DNA from: a bacterium
GTDB taxonomy: Bacteria; Vulcanimicrobiota; Vulcanimicrobiia; Vulcanimicrobiales; SCRA01
Reading direction: 5' to 3'
Assembly: GCA_004298675.1 (NCBI GenBank)
Contig: SCRI01000002.1
Span: forward strand, 13,181 to 77,180
DNA length: 64,000 bases
Shown piece after piece: positions 37,166 to 45,388 of the stretch. The notes beneath the pieces were generated by a model that was not told the origin of the DNA, searched no databases, and worked only from the letters and a program-made list of their open reading frames with translations. The number at the start of each line of letters is the position of its first letter. Positions within the stretch are counted from its first letter, which is position 1. The position numbers were made by a program, and so were the translations under genes.

Positions 37166-38349
37166 CTACGCGCGGCCTCATGGCGGCGGAAGAGCCGCGC
37201 CGCGATGGCCATGCGGTGAACCTCGGAGGGGCCGTCGTAGATGCGGAACGGACGCGATTCGCGCAGAAACAGGCCCAGCGGGACGTCGTCAGAAACGCCC
37301 AGCGAGCCACAGACCTGCAAGGCGCGATCGACGGCGCGGAAGACGGCCTCGGCCACGAACGTCTTGGCCATCGACGATTCGTGGCGCGCGTGCTCGCCGC
37401 GATCGAGCATCCACGCCGTGTGCCAGATCATCAAGCGCGCCGCATGCAGCTCGATCTCACTGTCGGCAAGCTGAAAAGCCACGCCTTGGTGCTCGCTCAA
37501 GTGCTTGCCGAACGCGGTGCGCTGCGAGGTGCGCTGGATCGCAATCTCCTGTGCGCGTGTGGCGACGCCCAGCCAGCGCATGCAGTGCGTCAGTCGCGCC
37601 GGTGCCAGCCGCACCTGGGCGTAGCGGAAACCCTCGTCCACCTCTCCGAGCACGGCGTCGTCGGTTACTTCGCAGCGTTCGAAGGCCACTTGGCAGTGGC
37701 CGCCGGGCGTGACGTGATCGAGCGTGCCGATGCGCCGGCGCACGCGCATGCCGGGATTGTCCGCGTCGACCAGGAACATCGTCGCGCCGCGCCGCCCGCT
37801 GGGATCCTCCGACGTGCGCGCCATGCAGATTGCGAACGACGCGCCCTCGGCACCGGTGATGAACCACTTCTCACCGTCGATGACCCAACCGCCGGAGGTC
37901 TTGCGCGCCCGCGTGCGCAGCATCGCAGGGTCGCTCCCGGCCCCCGGAGAGGGTTCGGTCATCGCGAAGCACGAGCGCACCTCGCCGGCTGCGAGCGGCC
38001 GCAGATAACGCTCGATCTGCTCGGCTGAAGCCACCTCGTGCAGCAGGTGCATATTGCCCTCATCCGGCGCGGCGCCGTTGAGCGCAAGCGGACCGAGCAG
38101 GCTGCGCCCCGCGGCCTCGAAGACCACGGCCACCGAACGCCAGTCCAGTCCCAAGCCCCCTACGTCGCGCGGCAGCTGCGGACCGTAGATGTTCTCAGCA
38201 CGCGCTTTGGCACGCAAGCTTGCTATGGTTTGCGGATCCGGCGGCTCGCCGCGCAGCCGCGCCTCCAGCGGTATCGCTTCACGGTCCACAAAGGCGCGCA
38301 CGCGATCGCGCAGGGCGACGAGGTCACCGGGAAGTTCGAAGTCGATCAC
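37162..38349 (-). CDS. Acyl-CoA dehydrogenase family protein
   Basis: 395 aa with the ACAD N, middle and C domains. C-terminal RIYDGPSEVHRMAIAR. Confidence 0.85.
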   Translation of the reverse strand: MIDFELPGDLVALRDRVRAFVDREAIPLEARLRGEPPDPQTIASLRAKARAENIYGPQLPRDVGGLGLDWRSVAVVFEAAGRSLLGPLALNGAAPDEGNMHLLHEVASAEQIERYLRPLAAGEVRSCFAMTEPSPGAGSDPAMLRTRARKTSGGWVIDGEKWFITGAEGASFAICMARTSEDPSGRRGATMFLVDADNPGMRVRRRIGTLDHVTPGGHCQVAFERCEVTDDAVLGEVDEGFRYAQVRLAPARLTHCMRWLGVATRAQEIAIQRTSQRTAFGKHLSEHQGVAFQLADSEIELHAARLMIWHTAWMLDRGEHARHESSMAKTFVAEAVFRAVDRALQVCGSLGVSDDVPLGLFLRESRPFRIYDGPSEVHRMAIAARLFRRHEAARR

Positions 38350-38433
38350 GAGCCGGACGTTTCCACCTGGCTAGCGCCCGCGCCTCGTCCGGCGGCGCGG
38401 GGACCAGCGGCGCGCTGGCAGAATGCGGCGGGC

Positions 38434-41400
38434 ATGGAGCATCCCGGTTACCTTCGCTACCCCACCATTCACGCCGAGCGCATCGTCTTCGCCTCCGAGG
38501 AGGACCTCTGGTCCGTCGATGCCGGCGGCGGCGTCGCGCGGCGGCTCACCGCCGCGCACGGCGAGTGCAGCTACCCGCGCATCTCGCCCGACGGCACCAC
38601 GATCGCCTTCGTGGGGCGCGACGAGGGCTCGCCCGAAGTCTACGTCATGCCGGCGGGGGGCGGACCGGCGCGGCGCCTCACGTATCTGGGTGGGCGCATG
38701 TGCATCGTCTCCGGCTGGCGCCCCGACGGCGGCGCCGTGCTCTTCGCTTCGGATCACGGCACGCCGTTCATCAAGCACTCCGTTGCGTACGCGGTCGCGC
38801 CCACGGGGGGACACCCCGAGCCGCTGCCCTACGGAGCCGCGGTGACGCTGGCGCTCTCGCCGCGCGGCGGCGTGCTGATCGGCCGCAACAACGCCGATCC
38901 CGCACCGTGGAAGCGCTATCGCGGCGGCACCGCCGGCGTGATCTGGATCGATGCCGGCGGCAGCGGCGTCTTTCGCCAGCTGGTGCGCCTCAACGGCAAC
39001 CTCTCTTCGCCGATGTGGCTGGGCGGCCGCGCCTACTTCCTCTCCGATCACGAGGGTGTCGGCAACATCTACTCCGTCGAACCAGATGGCGGTGATCTGC
39101 GCCGGCACACGGACTGCGAGGAGTATTACGCGCGCTTCCCCTCCACGGACGGCGAGCGCATCGTCTACTCGTGCGGTGCCGACGTCTACCTGTACGATCC
39201 GCGCACCGATCGCAGCACGCACGTCCAGATCGAGACGCCGTCGACGGCGCCTCAGACCGCGCGCCGCTTCGTCGCGGGAGCGCCGCTCCTGGAAGACTAC
39301 GCGCCGCACCCCGAAGGCCACTCGCTGGCGCTGATCGCGCGCGGACAGCCGTACACCATGGCGTTCTGGGAGCAGGGCGTGCTCCACCACGGTCACGGCA
39401 GCGCCGTGCGCTATCGGCTGGCGGAGTGGCTGAACGACGGCGCACGCATCGTGGTTACCAGCGACGAAGGCGGCCGCGAGCGCTTCGAAGTCCACGCCGC
39501 CGACGGGATGACGCCGCCGCGCGTGGTGGAACCGAGCACCGACCTCGGACGCACCGTGGAGCTGGCCGTCTCGCCCGCGCGCGACATGATCGCCGTCGCC
39601 AACCATCGTCAAGAAGTCTACACCGTCGAGCTCGAGAGCGGCGCGGCGCGGCGCCTGGACCACAGCCCTGGCGCGCGCGCGGCGGATCTCGCGTTCTCTC
39701 CCGACGGCCGCTGGCTGGCCTATGTCTGGGCACCACAGCACGATCTCTCGATCATCCGTGTGGCGGAGGTGGCCACCGGCGCGCTGCACGATCTCACGAC
39801 GCCGCTGCGCAACGACGAAGCGCCGGCCTGGGATCCCGAGGGCAAGTATCTCTACTTCCTCTCTACGCGCGAGTTCAATCCCGTCTACGACGCGCTGCAA
39901 TTCGATCTCGGATTCCCGCTGGGCATGCGTCCGTTCGCCATCACGCTGCGCGCGCAGACACCCAACCCGTTCGTTCCGCGCCCCCGTCCGGTGGTCCATC
40001 GTGACGAGCACGACGACCGCCCCGACGACGGCGAGCCGGTACCGGTCGAGATCGATTTCGAAGGCATCGCGGGGCGACTGCTGGCCTTCCCCGTGGACGA
40101 AGGACGTTACGAGCAGATCGCCGCCGTCAAAGGGCGCGCGCTCTTCACGCAGGTGCCGTTGCGCGGCGCACTCGAGAACGGGAGCTGGGCCGATCACGAC
40201 GTCGACGCCGAGGCCACGCTGATGGCTTACGATTTTGAAGAGCAGCGCGCGGCGGCGCTGGCCAAAGAAGTGACCGACTTCCGGGTGGCGGCGGACCATC
40301 AAACGGTGATCTACCGCTCCGCAGAGCGCCTGCGTGCCATCGACGGCACGGAGAAGCTGCCGGAGAACGGCGATCAGGAGGAGCCTGAGGACGAGATCGG
40401 CCGCAAGAGCGGCTGGATCGATCTCGAGCGGCTACAAGTGAACGTCGAGCCGCGCTGCGAGTGGGCGCAGATGTACGACGAGGCCTGGCGCCTGCAGCGC
40501 CAGCAGTTCTGGGACGAGCGCATGAGCGCCGTCGATTGGGACGTCGTGCGCGCGCGATACGCGCGGCTGTTGCCGCGCATCCGCACGCGCAGCGAGCTCT
40601 CCGACCTGATCTGGGAGATGCAGGGAGAGTTGGGCACATCGCATGCCTACGAAGGCGGCGGCGACGTTCGCAAGCCGCCGCAGTACGCGCTGGGCTTCCT
40701 CGGCGCCGATCTGCGCTACGACGGAGCCAGCGGCGGCTACCGCGTGGAGCACGTCATCCGGGGCGATTCGTGGGCCCGCGACTGGGACTCACCGCTGGCC
40801 GAGCCCGGCGTGCAAGTGCGCGAGGGGGAGACGATCGTCGCCGTGGGCGGCGCCGCACTCTCACGCGAGCATCCGCCGGCGGAGTTTCTCGTCAACCTCG
40901 GCGGCGCGGCGGTGGCGCTGCGCGTGCGCGGCGTAGACGGTTCGGAGCGCCAGGTGGTGGTGCGCACACTCAAAGACGAGCGCCCGCTGCGCTATCGCGC
41001 CTGGGTGGAGGCCAATCGCGCGCGCGTCCACGCGGCCACGGACGGACGCATCGGCTACCTGCACATCCCGGATATGGGCCCGTGGGGCTTTGCCGAGTTT
41101 CACCGCGGTTATCTCGCCGAAGTCGGCGGACGCGACGGCTTGATCGTGGATGCGCGCTTCAACCGCGGCGGACACGTCTCACCGCTGCTGCTGGAGAAGC
41201 TCGCACGCAAGCGCGTCGGCTACGACGTCTCACGCTGGGGGCCGGCACAGGCCTATCCACCCGAATCGGTCGCCGGCCCCATCGTCGGGTTGACCAACGA
41301 GTTCGCGGGCTCCGACGGTGACATCTTCAGCCACGTCTTCAAGCTCTACGGACTCGGCCCGCTGGTCGGCAAACGCACCTGGGGCGGAGTCGTCGGCATC

Positions 41401-41709
41401 TGGCCGCGCCACGCGCTGGTGGACGGGACGGTGACCACGCAGCCCGAGTTCTCGTTCTGGTTCAACGACGTCCACTGGAGCGTGGAGAACTACGGTACCG
41501 ATCCGGACGTCGAGGTCGAGATCGCGCCGCAGGACTACGCCGCCGGCCGCGACCCGCAATTGGAGAAGGCCGTTGCGTTAGCGCTCGACGCACTGGCGCA
41601 GGCCCCCGTCACGCTGCCGCCGTTCGACGAGCGTCCGCGCTTGGGTCTGCCCAAACTTCCGCCACGGGCTGTACTGCATGCGCCGGTGGGATTTCAAACC
41701 ACGGAATAA
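38434..41709 (+). CDS. Tricorn protease homologue
   Basis: N-terminus HPGYLRYPTIHAERIVFASEEDLWSVD parallels Thermoplasma tricorn (LLLNPDIHGDRIIFVCCDDLWEHD). Motifs WKRYRGGTAG, IGYLHIPDMG, NEFAGSDGDIFS (catalytic Ser), TWGGVVGI and ENYGTDPDVEV. About 1091 aa. Confidence 0.85.
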   Translation: MEHPGYLRYPTIHAERIVFASEEDLWSVDAGGGVARRLTAAHGECSYPRISPDGTTIAFVGRDEGSPEVYVMPAGGGPARRLTYLGGRMCIVSGWRPDGGAVLFASDHGTPFIKHSVAYAVAPTGGHPEPLPYGAAVTLALSPRGGVLIGRNNADPAPWKRYRGGTAGVIWIDAGGSGVFRQLVRLNGNLSSPMWLGGRAYFLSDHEGVGNIYSVEPDGGDLRRHTDCEEYYARFPSTDGERIVYSCGADVYLYDPRTDRSTHVQIETPSTAPQTARRFVAGAPLLEDYAPHPEGHSLALIARGQPYTMAFWEQGVLHHGHGSAVRYRLAEWLNDGARIVVTSDEGGRERFEVHAADGMTPPRVVEPSTDLGRTVELAVSPARDMIAVANHRQEVYTVELESGAARRLDHSPGARAADLAFSPDGRWLAYVWAPQHDLSIIRVAEVATGALHDLTTPLRNDEAPAWDPEGKYLYFLSTREFNPVYDALQFDLGFPLGMRPFAITLRAQTPNPFVPRPRPVVHRDEHDDRPDDGEPVPVEIDFEGIAGRLLAFPVDEGRYEQIAAVKGRALFTQVPLRGALENGSWADHDVDAEATLMAYDFEEQRAAALAKEVTDFRVAADHQTVIYRSAERLRAIDGTEKLPENGDQEEPEDEIGRKSGWIDLERLQVNVEPRCEWAQMYDEAWRLQRQQFWDERMSAVDWDVVRARYARLLPRIRTRSELSDLIWEMQGELGTSHAYEGGGDVRKPPQYALGFLGADLRYDGASGGYRVEHVIRGDSWARDWDSPLAEPGVQVREGETIVAVGGAALSREHPPAEFLVNLGGAAVALRVRGVDGSERQVVVRTLKDERPLRYRAWVEANRARVHAATDGRIGYLHIPDMGPWGFAEFHRGYLAEVGGRDGLIVDARFNRGGHVSPLLLEKLARKRVGYDVSRWGPAQAYPPESVAGPIVGLTNEFAGSDGDIFSHVFKLYGLGPLVGKRTWGGVVGIWPRHALVDGTVTTQPEFSFWFNDVHWSVENYGTDPDVEVEIAPQDYAAGRDPQLEKAVALALDALAQAPVTLPPFDERPRLGLPKLPPRAVLHAPVGFQTTE

Positions 41710-41830
41710 AGATTGCTCTTCGCGAGAGTAACGTGGCAGGAATGGCCTTCGTTGACGGGGTGATACGAGCCTAGCGAGACTGTGCTCGTGGCACGGTTCG
41801 GTTTTCCGAATCCTACGGAGGGGTCTGAAT

Positions 41831-43102
41831 ATGTCCGGACATCCCATCTCTCGCGAAACATTCATCAAGGGCGCGGCCGTCGGTGCGGCTGCGGTATCCG
41901 CGGGCTTTCCCGCCTTCATTCCCAGCCGCGGCGAAGCGGCCGACGTCATCAAGATCGGTAACACCGAAGAGAACACCGGCGTCTACTCCGCGCTGGCGCG
42001 CAACCAAACGCGCGGTATGGCGATGGTGCTCGAGAAGTGGAACAAGAAGGGCGGCGTCCTCGGGCGTAAGGTCGAGATGGTCATCGAAGACAACGCCAAC
42101 GATCCTGGCGTGGCCGTCCAAAAGGCCCGCAAGCTCGTCAACCAAGACAAGGTTGCCGCGCTGATCGGTACGGTCTCGAGCGCGGTAGCGCTCTCCACCA
42201 GCGGCGCCGCCAACACGCTGAACACGCTGTTCATCGACACGGGCGGCCACGCCGATCCCATCACCGGCAAAAACTGCCACTGGAACACGTTCCAAGTTTG
42301 CCACACCACGTGGGCGCTCAGCCACGCGTCCGGCTACGGCATCGCCAAGAAGTTCGGCAAGAAGTGGTACATGATCACGCCGGACTATGCCTTTGGCCAT
42401 TCGCTGGCCGAAGGCTATACCGACGTGATCAAGCACGTCGGCGGCCAGATCCTGGAGAACGATCTGGCGCCACTGGGCACCAGCGACTTCAGCCCGTATC
42501 TCACCAAAGTGCTGGCGGCCAAGCCCGACGTCTTCATCGTCAACGGTCTCAGCGGCGACGACTACGTCAACTGCATGAAACAGGCCAGCTCTTTCGGCCT
42601 ACTCAAGAGGATCCCGGCAGCCGGACCCTATGCCGAGCTCGAGACGGTTTGGGCCCTCCCTTCCGTCGCACGCGTTGGCTATTGGGGCACGGAGTGGTAC
42701 TACAAAGGCGACAACGTTCTCGGCTCCGCGAACACCGAGGCCAAAGCCTTCGCAACCGAATACCGCAAGCGTTACAACGAGCCGCCGACGCCGCGCAGCG
42801 CCTTCGGCTACGTAACGATGGACCGCTTGCTGTGGGCGATCAGCACGACCAAGTCGACCGACGCGACCAAACTGGCGCGTGCACTTGAGGGTAGCGAGTT
42901 CCAGTCGATCTGGGGCAGCAAGGCTGCCTTCCGCAAACAGGATCACGCGCTGATCTGGCCGATGTGGGTCGGCACGCTGCGCCCCAACGGCTCGCCCTCG
43001 GACAAGTACGATGTCTTCGACGTCGAGGACGAGGAGCCGGGGGACAAGATCTTCATCACGCCCGAGGAGGCAACCAAGGCCTGCAACCTCGGCTATCCGT
43101 AG
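41831..43102 (+). CDS. ABC transporter substrate-binding protein, LivJ/branched-chain-amino-acid family (paralogue 1)
   Basis: 423 aa. Signal-like N-terminus MSGHPISRETFIKGAAVGAAAVSAGFPAFIPSRGEA. Type-1 periplasmic binding fold features. Confidence 0.85.
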   Translation: MSGHPISRETFIKGAAVGAAAVSAGFPAFIPSRGEAADVIKIGNTEENTGVYSALARNQTRGMAMVLEKWNKKGGVLGRKVEMVIEDNANDPGVAVQKARKLVNQDKVAALIGTVSSAVALSTSGAANTLNTLFIDTGGHADPITGKNCHWNTFQVCHTTWALSHASGYGIAKKFGKKWYMITPDYAFGHSLAEGYTDVIKHVGGQILENDLAPLGTSDFSPYLTKVLAAKPDVFIVNGLSGDDYVNCMKQASSFGLLKRIPAAGPYAELETVWALPSVARVGYWGTEWYYKGDNVLGSANTEAKAFATEYRKRYNEPPTPRSAFGYVTMDRLLWAISTTKSTDATKLARALEGSEFQSIWGSKAAFRKQDHALIWPMWVGTLRPNGSPSDKYDVFDVEDEEPGDKIFITPEEATKACNLGYP

Positions 43103-43124
43103 ACGCGGCTCGCATCAAGGCAAC

Positions 43125-43160
43125 GGGAGGAGGGGCGCTGCCCCTCCTCCCGCGCTTTCT
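43125..43160 (+). terminator. Stem-loop terminator candidate after SBP paralogue 1
   Basis: Perfect 11-bp stem GGGAGGAGGGG (43125-43135) pairing with CCCCTCCTCCC (43141-43151), followed by GCGCTTTCT, a weak U-tract. Confidence 0.5.
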
Positions 43161-43174
43161 GCGCGACCGCGCGT

Positions 43175-43906
43175 TCAGCGCGACAACGTACGCTTGAAGA
43201 AGGCCTGCACCAGCGGCCACACGTTACGTGCGGCGGGAGTCGAAGCGCCGTTCGCGCCGCGCCGGAAGAAGGCGTGGCCCTCCTGCGGGTAGACGCGCAA
43301 CTCGAACTCTTTGTGGCTCGTGCTCAGCGCGGCGCGGATCCGCTCCACCGACTCCATGGGGATCGAATGGTCCCTGCCTCCGAAGGCGAGCAGGAGCGGC
43401 GCGTGCACGCGCGCCACGTCGTCCAGCAGCTCCGGCTCTCCGCCGGGTAGCGGGCGCGCGATCGCGCCCCCGTAGAACGAGCAGGCGGCATCGATCTCCG
43501 GCAGTGTCGCCGAGTAGAACGCCACCGTTCCACCCATGCAGAAGCCCCACGTACCGACGCGGCCGTTGCAGAACGGTTGACCGCGCGCCCAGCCTGCGGC
43601 GGCACACAAATCCTCCGCCAGCGTCGCACGCGTGAGTTTGCGCGCTGCCGCCATGCCCTTGTGCACGCCTTGCTGATCGTACGGAAGATCCAGATCGGGA
43701 TCGCTCCGATGATAGTAGTTCGGCGCGATGCCGACGTAACCGATCGAGGCCACCAGATCGGCAACGCGCCGCATCTCCGCATTGACTCCGAAGATCTCCT
43801 GAAGCACCAGGATGACGGGGCGCGCCTGCGCCCCGCGCGGGCAGGCCAGGTACGCGGGCATCGCGCCTTCTCCGACCCCGATCTGCACGGGGCCGGAATC
43901 CGTCAC
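43175..43906 (-). CDS. Dienelactone hydrolase family protein
   Basis: LVLQEIFGVN...VADLVASIGYVGIAPNYY and a GFCMGG nucleophile Cys motif. Confidence 0.8.
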   Translation of the reverse strand: MTDSGPVQIGVGEGAMPAYLACPRGAQARPVILVLQEIFGVNAEMRRVADLVASIGYVGIAPNYYHRSDPDLDLPYDQQGVHKGMAAARKLTRATLAEDLCAAAGWARGQPFCNGRVGTWGFCMGGTVAFYSATLPEIDAACSFYGGAIARPLPGGEPELLDDVARVHAPLLLAFGGRDHSIPMESVERIRAALSTSHKEFELRVYPQEGHAFFRRGANGASTPAARNVWPLVQAFFKRTLSR

Positions 43907-44625
43907 TACGAGGCCGCCTCTTGCAGGCCCATCAAGGTGCGGATCATGGCGCGGTCGCGCTCCAACTCCGAGGCCACGCCCGAGTAGACGATGCGCCCTT
44001 CGTCCATCACGTAGGCTCGATCGGCCACCTTGAGCGCCAGCAGCGCGTTCTGCTCGACCAGCAGGATCGAGGTGCCGGCGGCCTTCATCTCCTCCAGGAT
44101 CTTGTAGACTTCCTCGACGATCAACGGAGCGAGGCCCTGCGAAGGCTCGTCCACCAGCATCATGGTCGGATTGGCCACGAGCGCTCGCGCGATCGCCAGC
44201 ATCTCCTGCTCGCCGCCGGAGAGGCGGCCGGACTTACGCGCGCGCAACTCCTGGAGCTTGGGCAAGCGCTGGAAGACGCGGTCGATGGTCCAGGCCCCCT
44301 TACGGCCCGTCTCGGCAATCTGGAGATTCTCCAGCACCGTCAGCTCCTTGAACATGCGCCGCCCCTCCGGGACGTAGCCCACGCCCAAGCGCGAGACGCG
44401 GTAACTGGGCCAGCCCGAAATATCCCGACCGCTGAACTTCACCGTTCCAGCGCGGGGACGCGTCAGCCCCAAGATGCTGCGCATCGTGGTAGTCTTGCCG
44501 GCGCCGTTGAGTCCCAGCAGCGCTACCAGCTCCCCTTTGCCCACCGTGAGCGAGACGTCGTGGAGGATGTGGCTCTTGCCGTAAAACGTGTTGAGATTGT
44601 CGACTGCGAGAAAAGACTCAGACAC
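43906..44625 (-). CDS. Branched-chain-type ABC transporter ATP-binding protein (LivF-like)
   Basis: GTG start (GTGTCTGA overlap with the upstream gene). GLNGAGKTT, LSGGEQEMLAIA and MLVDEP. Confidence 0.85.
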   Translation of the reverse strand: MSESFLAVDNLNTFYGKSHILHDVSLTVGKGELVALLGLNGAGKTTTMRSILGLTRPRAGTVKFSGRDISGWPSYRVSRLGVGYVPEGRRMFKELTVLENLQIAETGRKGAWTIDRVFQRLPKLQELRARKSGRLSGGEQEMLAIARALVANPTMMLVDEPSQGLAPLIVEEVYKILEEMKAAGTSILLVEQNALLALKVADRAYVMDEGRIVYSGVASELERDRAMIRTLMGLQEAAS

Positions 44626-45388
44626 GGTTGAGCACCTCTTGACCGAGATAGGCTTCGCGGACGGCTTGGCTGTTGGAGATCTCGCTGGGCGTGCCTTGCG
44701 CCAACATGGCGCCACGGTCGAGCACGGTGATGTGATCGGCCAGCGAGAGCACCACGCGCATGTTGTGCTCCACGAAGAGCACGGTCAGCCCCAAGCGATC
44801 GTGAAGATCGCGAATGACCCGCATGATGCGCTCGGTTTCGGCCTCGGCCAGCCCTGCCATCGGCTCGTCGAGCAGCACGATCGTGGGATCGACCGAGAGG
44901 CTCATCGCGATCTCACAAAGGCGCTGGCTGCCGTGCGAGAGCTCGGCCACCGGGCGATCCTTCAAATGCGCGAGATTGACGAAGCCGAGCAGCTCGTCGA
45001 TCTTGGCGTCGATCTCCTTCTTACGCGACGCCGACGGCAGCCGCAGCTTGAACGCGATCTTCTGCTGGCTCTGCACGCCGATCAAGAGATTCTCGTAGAC
45101 GGTGAGCTCGGGGAAGATGCTGGGCGTCTGAAACGTGCGGCTCATGCCCAACTGCACGCGTTGCCAATTGGGCATGGTGGTGATGTCCCGGCCCTGATAC
45201 AGCACCTGCCCGCCATCGGGATAGTAGAAGCCCGACAGCGCATTGAAGAACGTCGTCTTCCCGGCGCCGTTGGGTCCGATCACCGCGTAGATCGAGCCAT
45301 GCTCGATCTTGACGGAGACGTCGTTGACGGCGAGGACACCGCCGAAGTTCTTCGAGACGTTCTTCGCCTCGAGAAGCGTCTGCGCCAT
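44618..45388 (-). CDS. Branched-chain-type ABC transporter ATP-binding protein (LivG-like)
   Basis: GPNGAGKTT, LSHGSQRLCEIA and VLLDEP. Confidence 0.85.
   Translation of the reverse strand: MAQTLLEAKNVSKNFGGVLAVNDVSVKIEHGSIYAVIGPNGAGKTTFFNALSGFYYPDGGQVLYQGRDITTMPNWQRVQLGMSRTFQTPSIFPELTVYENLLIGVQSQQKIAFKLRLPSASRKKEIDAKIDELLGFVNLAHLKDRPVAELSHGSQRLCEIAMSLSVDPTIVLLDEPMAGLAEAETERIMRVIRDLHDRLGLTVLFVEHNMRVVLSLADHITVLDRGAMLAQGTPSEISNSQAVREAYLGQEVLNRV

Noticed and set aside
38371-40302. 643-aa minus-strand ORF antisense to the tricorn gene
   Set aside because: It is Arg/Ala/Gly/Pro-rich with no recognisable domain and lies entirely opposite a gene with very strong homology. This is the typical shadow ORF of high-G+C DNA. 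The same applies to 48939-51200 (-), 51474-52862 (-), 55279-57402 (+), 14651-16135 (-), 1582-2829 (+) and most other overlapping track ORFs.
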